This document shows, in pieces, positions 10,651-25,946 of a DNA stretch of 64,000 nt. The stretch is from Octopus vulgaris (Eukaryota), in contig OX597828.1 in assembly GCA_951406725.2 (NCBI GenBank), forward strand, positions 45,756,001 through 45,820,000. Direction: 5' to 3'. The notes beneath the pieces are model-generated. The model was not told the DNA's origin. It did not search any database and saw only the letters and a program-made list of their open reading frames with translations. The number at the start of each line of letters is the position of its first letter. Position 1 is the stretch's first letter. A program made the translations under genes and the position numbers.

Positions 10651-11299
10651 GTAACCACCAGGTAGCGATGAAAGAGAAGGCTCCTTTGCAAATAGATATA
10701 AGTTTTTCTAATGGCGTCTGCCACTGATGTCCAAAAACGAACAGTAAGCATAAGTTTTCTTTTATAACTTAAGCCCCGCTACTTTTTGATTCAGCTTCGT
10801 ACGTACGAGCTACTCGAATATCGTATATTCTCTATAATTCCACAGCACTGAGAAAACAGGCGTTCATGCACTGGTAAAGAAAATGGGCATATTATTCATT
10901 ATTTATCAAATACAATATTATATTCTCATATCTGCCACTTTACGAAACGGTTTCATACAGGGGTTAAGATAACATCAGCAATCATCAGGAAAATCCTATA
11001 TATGCGTAGGTGTGCGCGTGTGTATATGTGAGAGCGCATGTACTCTGAAAGACAGGAAAAAGAAAAAAAGGGGAGGGGTAAAGCGTTAAAGAGTTTATAT
11101 GTGTGTGTGTGTTGTGTGTGTGTATTTATATATATACATGTATATATGTTTATATATATATGTATGTATGTATATATAAATACATGCATGTATATATATT
11201 TATATGTATATATATATATGCACATATTTGTATATATATATATGCATATAAATATCTATATACATATACACACATACACACATATACACATATATGCAT

Positions 11300-11350
<51 letters not shown>

Positions 11351-11438
11351 AATATATAGCGAGAGTTTACGAAAAAAAACAAAAGACGAAGACAGGTGGT
11401 GTACAAAACAAGCAGATGTATTAGTATAACGTTCAGGA

Positions 11439-11473
<35 letters not shown>

Positions 11474-11872
11474 TGTATGTATGTATGTATGTATGTATGT
11501 ATGTATGTATGTATGTATGAATGCATGCATGCATGTATGTATGTATGTATGTATGTATGTATGTATGTATGTATGTATGTATGTATGTATGCGCGTATCA
11601 GTTTGTTTCGTCATTGGAACTCGATGAGGACTTCAGCTACTTATCTTGAAAACCTCACTCGGTAGCTCTGAGAGTTGCGTGCAGATTGCACGCGATTGGG
11701 TACTAATTTGCTCTATGATAACGAAGTCTTTATTGGTACCCCCAGAAAACGATATAGATAGCTACAAGTAATTCTACCCGAAAACCATATAAGAAATGTG
11801 CATATGTACATATACATACATACATACATACATACATACATACACACATGCATACATATAGATACACACACA

Positions 11873-11916
<44 letters not shown>

Positions 11917-12123
11917 CATATATATGCATGTATATATGTATACATACATATGTATACATATACATATACATATATATATATATGCATGTATATATGTATA
12001 CATACATATGTATACATATACATATACATATATATATATGCATGTATATATGCATATGTATACATACATATGTATACATATACATATACATATATATATA
12101 TATATATATACATATGCATAAAA

Positions 12124-12185
<62 letters not shown>

Positions 12186-13125
12186 GTATGTATGTACGTA
12201 GTGATTCTTCGCTAAGATTTGAAGCTTTCAGTTCTTCCGGTACAGTCGTACACAAGGTCGCATATGCTTTAATTGTTCTCAACTAAATAACAAACGTCGA
12301 ATTTCTTCAGTAACGATCTACCGGATAAACCTTTAACATTCGAAAAGAACGACATTGTTAAGACTTCAAGGGATTCAGCTAAATTTCGTTTGCTTATTAC
12401 TTCTGTTTTATAGCGTGAACAATTTTGTTGGTAACAGAATTTTCTTGCTTTTTATTTTCGTTTTCTATTTCTTCATTTTTTTTTTTTTTTTTTTGTCTTT
12501 TGAGGGGGATTTTCTTCCATCGTAGCCAAGTACGATACGCTCCAGCCAAAATAGGCGTGAAAGAAGTCTGGCAAATTTGTGAAGAGACAAAGGCAAATGT
12601 TCAAAACCTAGGTACTTAACCTTCGGGCATTCTTCCAGTAAAAGAAATCTACTAAGATTCTTTTTACACTATTTCTTTTCTATTTCAGTTCTTCAAATAT
12701 ATATTTTTCTCTAAAACGTCTTGAAAAATCCGTGTTTTTTTATCATTTTATCTTTTCCTTATATTTTCAAGTTAGTTGTTATTTCGTTGGTTGTTATTTT
12801 CTGAAGCTATTTATTATCTTTATTTTTAATATTTTGTTACACTTTCCCTAGATTTCTTTCGTCAATTCTATAATTATATATTTTAATCTCTCTTCAAACT
12901 TTTCTCTCCATTTCCTTTTCTTCGCTCTCTTTTCCTCTTCTATATTCTTCGCCGAGGTACGACGAGGTAAACAACACGAACGAAGTAAAAAAACAAACAA
13001 ACCAAAAATAACAACAGCAGAATACAAGAAAACTTGTGACGGTCTTCGTTGGCAGACGATTCCTGACAAAGAACTCTGACAAAGGAAAGATGCTTCGGAA
13101 TTCACTAAACACAAATACTAATTTC

Positions 13126-13212
<87 letters not shown>

Positions 13213-13217
13213 AATCA

Positions 13218-13275
<58 letters not shown>

Positions 13276-13289
13276 ATACATATACATGT

Positions 13290-13326
<37 letters not shown>

Positions 13327-13619
13327 AATATGCATATACATACACACGCATACATACATACATACATACATACATACATACATACATAAATCAATTACAG
13401 TTTTATATAGATACCATGTACAAACTCGTATAACTTTTTCGAAGCCTTCCCACCAGGGGGAAATTGAAGAGAATGGTTCATATAAGTATTAGAATCCAGG
13501 AGAAGAAAGATAAGCTTCGGAAGGATGGGACAAACATTTGGATGTTGTTGTGAAATATGATATGTTAAGAATTTTAGTTGTGTTTAAACTTAAGCTGATC
13601 TCACTGGACATTGAAAAGA

Positions 13620-13650
<31 letters not shown>

Positions 13651-13675
13651 AAAACTAACTAACTAACTAACTAAC

Positions 13676-13708
<33 letters not shown>

Positions 13709-13724
13709 GAATAAATAAATAAAT

Positions 13725-14345
13725 AATGGTTCTACAGATGACATTTGTTCTCAACCGGCTGGTCTACTGCTTTCAACTGTGGGCACCCTAGAGTGTTAAA
13801 TTAACCGCCAAACTTGAGGCAGTTGAGCGGTGCTACATCAGAAAGATTACGTCACTGAAACAGCTGAGCTACTGGGAGAGACTGACAGAGTTAGATCCCT
13901 ATTCCCTGAGGCAAGTACGTGAGTGATGTATATAGTGATGTACGTATGGAAGATTATAGAGGGGTTGGTGCCAAACTTTGGCATTGAGAGGAATAAAAGG
14001 GCCCGAACTGGACATTACTGCACTGTGCCAAAACACTGCCTATTTCGTCAACAGTGATGACCATGTACTACAAAAACTTGGGTTTTAGGCCCACACCTAT
14101 TTAATATATTGCCCAACCATCTGAGTGATCAACTTGGAATAGGGGTAAATGTCTTCAAGAAACAGCTTGAGCTCCTGTCCAAAGTCTCAGATGAACCTAC
14201 ATCTAGGTAAGAAACTCAAAAGAAGCTTTCAATATTGAACTCCCGCCTTCACCAAAAGCCGATCACAAACGACTGAAAAGTGGATAATACTGGCGGTGCC
14301 CGAACATGGCCACATCCTTTGGGCTTAAATGCTAAAATGAAAGAC
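13725..14345 (+). mobile_element. Decayed 3' fragment of a CR1-group LINE related to 20315-22500
   Basis: Reads FVLNRLVYCFQLWAP...AKLEAV...LSYWERL...YVWRIIEGLVPNFGIE; tail ggcggtgcccgaacatggccaca. Confidence 0.8.
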
Positions 14346-14949
14346 AAGAATAATAAGGGAGACGTACTCGCATAGCAAGTGATTTGATCTGAGATCGTGT
14401 GCTGGAACGAAAACAATTGCAGCGTGGAAGGTGTTTGTAAGTCATTTAAGAAACACACAAAAGCTGTTCGATTCACTTCAACATTTAAGTTTAATTTGTC
14501 AAAATATTTTCGTCGCTAAAATCCGCGACCTGTTCAGAAAATATCTTTACTCTAGAAAGAGCAACCTATTTAAGTTCGAATAATTTAACTTACTGACCAT
14601 TAATGCTAAATATATAAAGAGAAATCAAGCTTGCTGCAAAAACTTTTAGCTGAACTCCGGTAAGATGTTTCTAGTATCCCTGTTTTTCTTCTCTGGAGAT
14701 TCGTTTATGTCCACAATCCTCCTGAATGTTTCTTGAGGACATCTTTAACAATTCCACCTACCTGAAACTCATCTCAAATTTGAAATCTGTTAAGGTGAAT
14801 TTGTATATCAGCAAAGATAAATCAACACATGCATCTGTGCACGTATACATATAGATTTGCACTCCGATAAAGTTTACAAAGTTCCAGCAGCACTTTAGAA
14901 TAGATTTCCTTTGGTCGAAGCTTAGACTGGTTCCCCTCGTTATTTCTTA

Positions 14950-15528
14950 TGGCAATCTGAGGAAATCGTTAGCACGCCGGGCGAAATGCGTAGCGGTATT
15001 TCTTCGTCGCTACTTTCTGAGTTCAAATTCCGCCGAGGTCGACTTTGCCTTTCATCCTTTCGGGGTCGATAAATTAAGTACCAGTTACGCACTGGGGTCG
15101 ATATAATCGACTTAATACCTATGTCTATCCTTGTTTGTCCCCTCTGTGTTTAGCCCCTTGTGGGTAATAAAGAAATAGGTATTTCTTCGTCGCTACTTTC
15201 TGAGTTCAAATTCCGCCGAGGTCGACTTTGCCTTTCATCATTTCGGGGTCGATTAAATAAGTGCCAGTTACGCACTGGGGTCGATATAATCGACTTAATA
15301 CCTATGTCTGTCCTTGTTTGTCCCCTCTATGTTTAGCTCCTTGTAGGTAATAAAGAAATAGGTATTTCTTCGTCGCTACTTTCTGAGTTCAAATTCCGCC
15401 GAGGTCGACTTTGCCTTTCATCCTTTCGAGTCAATGAAATAAGTACCAGTTACGTACGGGGTTCAATGTAATCGACTAAACCCTCCCCTCAAATTCCAGG
15501 CCTTGTGACTATAGTACAAAGGATTATT
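14950..15528 (+). mobile_element. SINE family B with a 183-bp tandem triplication
   Basis: ggtatttcttcgtcgctactttctgagttcaaattcc starts at 14995, 15178 and 15361. Confidence 0.9.
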
Positions 15529-15601
15529 CTAATGGGGAAATCTAAAACGAAATGAAAATTACGTTATCGGCCGTTAATGTGTATATACATGTTTTGGCCC
15601 C

Positions 15602-15640
<39 letters not shown>

Positions 15641-16237
15641 GCTTCTGTCTGTCACAAGATACTAATCTCGGAGACTCAGAGCCTGATACTCGCGTTGAAC
15701 AAACATTTATCGCTCTAATCCAATGACGTTAAGATGCCTCTTTATAGTGACCGTATTTGTATCATTGTACCTACTGAAATTGCAATGACACTGAAAGTCC
15801 TGTGACGGAGGAATTGTGCTGACATATGCTGGAAGCATACAGTAAGTTAAAGCTTCCGTCTGTTACTTAGGTCTCGAACGACGCGGCTCTGCAACAAGAC
15901 TAAATACCCATCTGAGAGATCATAAAACGAAATCTCAGAGATGCAATTGGCAATGATGAAGCAAAGAAGACAGCAATCATCTTGCATTAGCTATTTAGAA
16001 GCACCAAAACTGTTAACTTCACTTCAACATGTATCATTTGTCGACAAAGTTTTCGTCGCACTTGTTGCAACAAGAACCGTGTCAGGGATCGCATCTCAGT
16101 CGGTGCGACGAAATACCCAATTATCCTTTCACCCATCCGTCCATCCGTCCTTCCGTCCTTCTGTCCATCCGTCTGTCCGTCTGTCCCTCCGTCCATCCAT
16201 TCATCCATCCATCTATCCATGCATGCATTATCCATGC

Positions 16238-16277
<40 letters not shown>

Positions 16278-16888
16278 ACACATGGATGCTTACGTATACA
16301 TATATACATACATTAATACATATACATACACATACATACATACATACATACACATACATACATACATACATACATACATACATACACATACATACACATA
16401 CATACATACATACATGCATACATACATATATACATACATTCTCCTACTAACTTGGAATGAAATCTTCGTATGATAGCATGAAATTGTAACATTATCACTA
16501 ACTCCTTAGCACGAGCGAAACCGGTCGGCTATGTAAATATTTTATTTCATAACAATATATGTATGTATATACATATATATGTATATAAAAATGTTGTCGA
16601 ACAAAAAAATTTACGTGAATTTTTCTTCTTTCTATATTTTTCCCTACAATTCACCACCTGGAAAACTTTTTTTGGAACCTTTTCACTTACATACATACAT
16701 ACATGCATACATACATACACACATACACATATACATACACACATACACACATACACAGATACATACACACATACACACATACACAGATACATACATACCT
16801 ACCTACATACATACATACATACACATATACGAACATATATAAATACATACATCCGTACATAGATACATGCATATGTATATACATATAT

Positions 16889-16924
<36 letters not shown>

Positions 16925-16945
16925 ACATACACACACAAATATATA

Positions 16946-17172
16946 TTTACTCTTTTACTATTTTACTTGTTTCAGTCATTTGACTGCGGCCATGCTGGAG
17001 CACCGCCTTTAATCGAGCAACTCGACCCCGGGACTTATTCTTTTGTAAGCCCAGTACTTATTCTATCGGTCTCTTTTGCCGAACCGCTAAGTGACGGGGA
17101 CGTAAACACACCAGCATCGGTTGTCAAGCAATGCTAGGGGGACAAACCCAGACACACAAACATATACACACA

Positions 17173-17216
<44 letters not shown>

Positions 17217-17368
17217 GACAGGCTTCTTTCAGTTTCCGTCTACCAAATCCACTCACAAGGCATTGGTCGGTCCGGGGCTATAGCAGAAGACGCTTGCCCA
17301 AGATGCCACGCAGTGGGACTGAACCCGAAACCATGTGGTTGGTAAGCAAGCTACTTACCACACAGCCA
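16946..17368 (-). mobile_element. Near full-length SINE family A
   Basis: Reverse complement of 5371-5784. Confidence 0.9.
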
Positions 17369-18479
17369 TTTATTTATTTTATTTTAATTTCCAATTGCTG
17401 CTTCAATAAATTCGTGTTATTTTTACGTTCAAATCCAACGCATTTTATTTTTCACTATTTTACAAGATTTCAAATATATATATATACATATATATATATC
17501 TTTTATCTTTACTTATTTTTGCTGTATGTGTTTCTCCTGCGTATTCCTCACATATTTCTCGCAGAAATCTCACTCTACATCTGTTCTCTGGTTGCTCGTA
17601 ATGTCTACGTACTAATTTCATAAAAACAAACTAGGAATATCACAACCACTAGCCAAGATTTACTACCCCCAGTGCCAACAATAACAGGGCTTCTGTCTGC
17701 AACTAAATGAAAACGAAATTAAAGCATAATTCTTATCAGATCTGGCTTCGTGTACCTTATTTTTATTTATTTATTATTTTTTTTTGCCTTTTCTTGTGTT
17801 TTTTTATTTTATTTTATTTTATTTAGCTTTTTTAAAGACACTGAAAGACAAGCATAACATCACATTCTCACCGACATGCATGCATACATACATGCATACA
17901 TACATACATACATACATACATACATACAAATACATACATACATACATACATACATACATACATACATACATACATACATACATACATACGCATAGCGATA
18001 TATACACATATTATATTCTTAGATTGGGGTTACCGCCAACGTCACCTCAATCTCATATTTTCTGATCATTTTTCTTGTTTGTGTTGTGATTGTTGTTGTT
18101 GTTGTTGTCGTCGTAGCCGTCGTTGTTGTTGTTCTTTATCTTCATTGCTTTTCGCTTCTTCATCGTCGTCATCATTGTCATCATTCTTCCCAACCACCGC
18201 CACGACCACCACCACCATTGGAAGCACCAAAACCACAGAGCAACGTCACGAACAGTACATCCGGCACCACAGTGCGAATGGCTTTGTTACATGGTGCCGT
18301 GTTTTACAATCTTGTAAAAGACAATAATGGTATTTTTTATATAAGCTTAAAGCTTATGGCGACCACCGTGTGTTGACTAAGGAAAATAGTCTAATAAAGG
18401 GGCAAATAAGCCCTCGACAGAAAAAGAAGGCTTTCCTCTCTGCGTGGGACTCATATACATGTTTATATGTGTGGGTATA

Positions 18480-18690
18480 TTTGTTCTCACATCATTGCTT
18501 GACAACCAATGGTGATGTATTTATATCTCCGTAACTTAGTGGTTCGGTAAAAAGGCACCGATAGAATAACTATTAGGCTTACAATGAATGAGTTCTCGGG
18601 TCGACTTCTTCGACTAAAAAAACCCTTTAAGGCGCTGCTCCATCACGGCCGCAGTCAAATGACTGAAACAAGTAAAAGAATAAAAGAATA
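18480..18690 (+). mobile_element. SINE family A, 3' half
   Basis: cattgcttgacaacc...ggttcggtaaaa...ggccgcagtcaaatgactgaaacaagtaaaagaa. Confidence 0.8.
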
Positions 18691-18720
18691 TTATATGTTT
18701 GCGCGTGTGTTTGTGTGTTT

Positions 18721-18773
<53 letters not shown>

Positions 18774-19324
18774 TGTGTGTGTTTGTGTGTGCGTGTGCAT
18801 GTATTTGTATGGATGTATGCGTGCTTTTTCTCTGTGTATGTGTTTTCGTATTTATTCATTTAACTTCCGCTTATTTTTCCTCGAAGTCATGATTTATGTA
18901 GCAAGCACGCACCCATGTTTTACAGAGTAGGAAAAATGTCGGATATTATACAAGTTTATATCTGTGCAAGTCTAAGCATGTATGTACGTACGAACGTATG
19001 TATGTATGTATGTATGTATGTATGTATGTATGTATGTATGTATGTATGTATGTATATAGATATACATACATACATATATACATATATTTATGTATATATA
19101 TATATATTTGTAAGTATATATATATATATATATATATATATAAGCAGAAACTTTTGCTCAAATATTATAAGCATATATGTACGTATATGGATATGGACGT
19201 ACGTACGAATTTATGTATATACATATATATATATATATATATAAGTAGAAACTTTTGCTCAAATATATAAGTATATATGTATGTATATGGATATAAATAA
19301 CACATACATAGATACATACATACA

Positions 19325-19362
<38 letters not shown>

Positions 19363-19399
19363 TATACATATATATATACGTACATATATATATACATAC

Positions 19400-19432
<33 letters not shown>

Positions 19433-19455
19433 CGCATACATATATATACACATAC

Positions 19456-19498
<43 letters not shown>

Positions 19499-19538
19499 TA
19501 TGTATATATAAATATACGTATGTATGTATGTATGTATG

Positions 19539-19592
<54 letters not shown>

Positions 19593-20153
19593 TATGCACA
19601 TAAACATTTACGACACAAACACGCATCAGCACATATAATTACTCTTATAAAAGTGTTGTGAAATACTTTAAAATAACAACCGTTGGTTGAATGAAGTTAT
19701 CTTCCTCTTTCTTTCAACACCCTGTCACTCACACGGAATACTCACATCTACACTCGCACACAAACGCACACACATATCTCTGTAAATTGGTCACACAAAT
19801 ATCCATAATACTTCGAAGTAGATGCCTACTTAACATATATAGATATATATATATACGTATGCACCGTTACATAAATATATATTCTATGATAACCTACCGA
19901 CCTATTCAGGGGAGAGAATCATGACGATTATCCGTCTGTCATATTCAAGACTTATTAATGTTGCTATTACACCGTGACACCAACTTAACAGAGGTTTATA
20001 TATAAGTAGAATTTAATATATGCATGCATGTAATATATATGTGTATGTGAGTTCATTTTTGTATTTATTGTGCATGCATATATATATATATATATATATA
20101 TATTCATACATATATACATGTGTATACACACACACATATATCTATGTATATAT

Positions 20154-20184
<31 letters not shown>

Positions 20185-20217
20185 CATATATATATACATA
20201 TATATATACATACATAC

Positions 20218-20266
<49 letters not shown>

Positions 20267-20314
20267 TATAAATTTGTATTTCATGTATATATATACATAT
20301 ATATACATGAAATA

Positions 20315-22500
20315 CAAACATTTCATGTCCATAATACAAGCCATAAGTGACACATCTGTCGCATTGTGCAAGGCCAACATACACAAAAACAGGATCCCCA
20401 GAGAAAGGAAGATTCTTATGAGATGACGGACAAAGATTGCGAATCGCCTGAGCAAGCATCCTAAAAGTGGCGAGAAGTCTCGTCGGGAGAGAGTGCTATT
20501 GGAAATTGAGAAACGTCTGCATCATTCTCATGAAAATAAGAGGGCAAATAAAGAAGCTTGGGTTATAGAAAATATCAAGTCAAACCCTAAAGCTTTCTTT
20601 AAGTTTGCCAAAGAAACAGCCTCAATACGCTACAAGATGGGACCTCTCTTCCAAAAAGATGGCTCTGTCACAGGAAACCCCATGAGGGTAAGTGAAATAC
20701 TGAACGAACAGTTCCAAAGTGTGTTCACTACACCGTTTGAACACAGGCAAGTGAACAAACCAGCGGAATTCTTTGTCGCATTACCTAAAACCAAAGAGGT
20801 TAAAGAAATTGAATACATAAACATTGAAGAAGATGGCCATAGATGAAGTTGACACAAACTCAGCGGCTAGACCGGATGGGTTTCCAGCAGTTCTACTCAA
20901 ATCATGCAAGCGAGCTCTTACAAAACCACTGCAGCTTCTCTTCCAGAGCTTCCCTGAAAGTGCTGAGCTCCCAGACAAACTGAAGGAAGGGATAATATGC
21001 CCTATCCATAAGGGAGGAAGTAGAGCAGATGCTAACAATTATACGCCTCTCTGACCTCACACATCAGTAAAGTTATGGAATGAATAGTCAGCAAAAATCT
21101 AATCACGTTCCTAGAAGAAAATGACTTGCTGACTGACTCCCAGCATGGATTTCGTCCAGGTAGAAGCTGTCTGACACAGCTCCTGCAACACTACGACTGG
21201 GTGTTAAAACAGCTGCAGAATGACTCAAGTGTGGATGTGATATATCTCAACTTTGCAAAAGCCTTTGATAAAGTTGAACATGGTATGATATGTCACAAAC
21301 TGCGCGATCTCAGCATATGCGGAAAACTTGGAGAATGGCTGGACTACATTCTAAAGGATAGACGTCAGGCAGTAGTGGCCAATGGAGCCACCTTCAAGGA
21401 TATACAAATAGCAAGTGGTTTTTCCACAGGGCACTGTTTTGGGGTCACTACTGTTCATAGTGACCCTCTCAGACATGCCCTCGGCTGCTCAGATAGCCAC
21501 CCTTGCTAGCTATGCAGATGACACAAAAGTGCCTCAGACAATATAAAATCTTGGAAATATTGCACATCTGCAACGGGAGTTGGGCGCAATATATAGGTGG
21601 GCTGAGGACAACAACAAGCAGTTTAATGCAGGAAGATTCCAGGTCCTACGCTACCAGCACACAAAGCTAAACGACATGCAGACAGGCTACACTGGCCCAG
21701 GAGGAACTGAAATCTCTGAATCAAAATCAGTGCGTGACCTGGGCAATTAGCATGAACAATGATTCATCTTTCCAAGTGCATATTACAAATTTGGTAATAA
21801 AATACATACGGCTGGATGGATGGATCCTCCGAACTTTCAAAATAAGAGAAAAGGGGACATTGACGATCCTTTGGAGGACATAAGTTCTCAGCCTCTTAGA
21901 CTATTGCTCCCAACTATGGTCACCATACAATATAAAATCCACGGCAAAACTCGAAGCAATCCAACTGCAATACACTAAGAAAATCGTCTCGATGAAATAT
22001 ATCAGCTAATGGGAAAGGCTGAAAGAATTAAAACTCTTCTCTCTGGAACGAAGGCGGTAGAGATATGCAGTGATTTACATCTGGAAAATCCTAGAAGGTT
22101 TTGTACCAAACATTGGCATTGAAAGTTACTCAAACTGCAGAACGAGGCGCCACTGCATAGTACCAAAGATTCCAGCATCACCATCAAAATACAGGACCAG
22201 ATACTGCAACAGCTTAGGCTTCAAGAGCCCACAGCTCTTTAATATCTTTCCAAAATGCCTGACAGACCTGCTTGGTGTGGATGTAAGTGTCTTTAAAACA
22301 AAACTGGATGCCTTCCTGTTATGGTTCCAGACAAGCCTACCTCACGGCAGGAAACATAGATGACGGCAGCAGCATCAAACTCTCTCATTGACCAAATGCC
22401 ACATATCAGAGGAGGTTCCAAACAATGGTGTAGCTAAGTCACCGGTGATGCTCCAGCATGACCGCAGCTTTGCAGCTGAAACATTTTAAAATAATAAAAA
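20315..22500 (+). mobile_element. 5'-truncated CR1-group LINE; reverse transcriptase ORF2 with stops and frameshifts
   Basis: Motifs in order: NPKAFFKF, ARPDGFP, ICPIHKGG, QHGFRPGRSCLTQL, DVIYLNFAKAFDKV, PQGTVLGSLLF, YADDTK, VRDLG, LDYCSQLWSP, SLERRR, then a 3' tail and A-rich end. Confidence 0.93.
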
Positions 22501-22519
22501 TAATTTAAAATATATGTAT

Positions 22520-22570
<51 letters not shown>

Positions 22571-22746
22571 ATATGTTTATATATATATGTATTTACACAT
22601 GGCACACACACACACATATGCATACGACTGTTTGCGAATACACACATGCGCAGAAAATATACGCACCCATACATGCATATATATATATGTATGCATATAC
22701 ATTGATGTTTAACAAATGAGTATGATTATCAGTATCAAAATTCGAA

Positions 22747-22806
<60 letters not shown>

Positions 22807-23161
22807 ATGCTCATGTATATATATGTATATATATATTCATATGAAATATACTGATATTCAATTCTTTAGTTACGTGCGTTTCTTCTGTACGTGGAAATTA
22901 ACTTTCGGGAATATAATATACCAATATGAATATAAACGAATCTGTAATAATTTTTTACAACATATTGATGTAAACTTTACTAATCTCTTCAGGCAAAGTT
23001 TCAAAAATATATTTTAAGATTAATCATAGAAGGTGCGCATGATGAGAAGTCCTGAATCGGCTCCTCCAAAGTTGCATAGATGTAAACACATTTTTTCTTT
23101 TTTCTCTCTTCCTTCTTTCTTTCCTTCTCTTTTCCAATGACACTGCTTTCAGATACAAAGG

Positions 23162-23198
<37 letters not shown>

Positions 23199-23995
23199 TC
23201 TCTCTTACTTTCTCCTCATTCCTCACCCTCTTTTACTATCCCATATATCTCCCCACCCCTACACACTCAATAATACTATAAAAAGAGACGAATCTCCTAA
23301 AAAAAAATCGATCTAAAGAATCCACTACAGTGGATGCAAGCTCTAATATATGTTTTATAAAAACGTGACGTATTAATAACAATCTGTAAATATAAAACCA
23401 TCTAGATTTCTGAGTACCTTATTTCTTCTCATATATAATACCTGTACATCATCTCCAAACCTTGGAATATATATATAATTATTAATTTAAAATATAAATT
23501 ACCTATGAATTTTTATTTCCTGCTGACTACCTGCTAAAAATCATTAACGCGATTTTATCCTTCTATTTTATTACGAATAAATAGATTAAATAAAAAAAAA
23601 ACAATATATTTACTGCTGATCAAAATCACATTTCCTGCGGACCTATTCTGATAATATACACGTGGTTGTCATGAAAAAGCTTAAATCTGACTTATGTTTG
23701 ATCTATACGTGCCAATATTTTTATGTAGACGTACAAATCCACTTTGTATCGGTATGTGTAATTATTTGTATATATATATTTCTCGTGTATTGTGTTGACG
23801 AAGGAAATAAAGTATTTTTATGGCTTTAATCCAGAAATTGGACCCAACTGACAATTAACGTGGGTTTTTTTTTAGTATTTTTCCACTCGCCCGACTGCAA
23901 CCTGTATTTTTTGGGAGTTTTTCGGTAGCTTTTTAGTGCCTCGGCATTAATTTTAAGCATTTTGGTGACAGGCGTTTCGCTTTGCTCCTTTAATA

Positions 23996-24102
<107 letters not shown>

Positions 24103-24129
24103 ACTACATATAAATAAATATATATAAGA

Positions 24130-24290
24130 TAGGCTTCTTTCAATTTCCTTCAACCAAATCCTCTCAAAAGGCTTTGGTCGGCCCGAGGCTATAGTAGGTG
24201 ACACTTGCCCAAGGTACCACGTAGTGGGACTGTACGGGAAACCTTGTGGTTGCGAAGCAAGCTTCTAACCCCACAGCCACGCCTGCGCCT
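24130..24290 (-). mobile_element. SINE family A, 5' half. Similar halves at 3157-3286, 27888-28046, 31160-31320 (+), 39138-39298, 62660-62765
   Basis: gacacttgcccaaggtaccacgtagtgggactg...cacagccacgcctgcgcct. Confidence 0.8.
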
Positions 24291-24397
24291 ATAAACCTAT
24301 ATAAACACACACACACACACACACACACATACATATACATATATATATATATATATATACATACACACATAAATTTAGTATTTGTTTTCTGTCTATA

Positions 24398-24455
<58 letters not shown>

Positions 24456-24815
24456 GCGTAGGTATATATGTGTATATGTATGTATGTATATTTATATATA
24501 TATAATGCATACCGTAGAACACTAAAAAATCAGGTCAGACATGAAATAAATAAATCGCCCCCCACCCCGCCAACAAAAAAAAAATCGAAAAAAAGATCAT
24601 TTGGTTAATACTAATCGGCAGGTGCGTCCTGGAATATAAGACAACAAGGAAACACAAGTAAAACAAAAAAAAAAAACAACAAAAGAAACATTTATAACAG
24701 CCAAAAATATTTCAGGCTAGAATAAAGAAAAACAGCAAGAGAATAAAACAATAGACAAATAAAAAGATATAGCATAAAAACAAATATGACATAATGCAGT
24801 GATATATATACACAC

Positions 24816-24853
<38 letters not shown>

Positions 24854-24935
24854 GTGTGTGTATATATAAATATATATATGTATATATATATATATATAAA
24901 TGTATATATATATATATATAAATATATATGTATAT

Positions 24936-24988
<53 letters not shown>

Positions 24989-25146
24989 TTATATACATAC
25001 ATATATATGTGTGTGTGTATGTATATATGTGTATATATATATATGTTTGTGTATTTGTGTGTGTGTATTTGTGTGTGTGTATATATATATATATATATAC
25101 ATATACGTATACATATATATATATATATATATACACACACATATGC

Positions 25147-25216
<70 letters not shown>

Positions 25217-25805
25217 CATACATATATGAATTGCACTGGACATCAGGCAAGTTTAGGGGTGAAGGTGGCTGTTGATAGAAAACTGGCTGTTTATGGAATT
25301 CAAATAGATTGTGATTGCAGCCATAAGCCTGAAGGTGCTGAAGGATAGCAACTTATTGATATACGGAATGATAGTAAACACAAGTGGCTGTGAGGTAAAA
25401 GGCGAGGTGCACAGATGGCTAAATGGACAAACAGATAGATCGATGTGTAGATTTATAACGATTTGAAGAATAAATAACTAGCTCCGGCTCGTACGTTGTT
25501 GATCGTCAGTAAAATAATATAAAAATCCTACATGTTGCTAAAGTTTATTCCCCTTGTAAACGAGTACCCCCTGCTGCTGGTGTGGCCCGTCCAACCCTTT
25601 ATCGAGACATCAGGAACGCATATAAAGAAAGGTTGCTTTTTGATTTGGCAGGAGGTATTGTTTTATTAGGGTCCTCCCGATGAAGCGATTGGACAAGAGA
25701 ATCACATATTTTAAAATTTAATTGGTTCAGTAATTAGAATGTGATCATGCGTAAGCATACCAGCAGCGGTTGTCAAGCGGTAATGGGGGACAAACACTGA
25801 CACGA

Positions 25806-25882
<77 letters not shown>

Positions 25883-25946
25883 TACATATATGCATACATA
25901 CATACATACATACATACATACATACATACATACATACATACATACA

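Noticed and set aside
14995-15528. CRISPR-like array
   Set aside because: Contiguous 183-bp SINE units with no unique spacers and no cas genes.
18079-18376. Low-complexity ORFs or a possible minus-strand exon
   Set aside because: Mostly trinucleotide repeats; the frames close quickly and show no domain.
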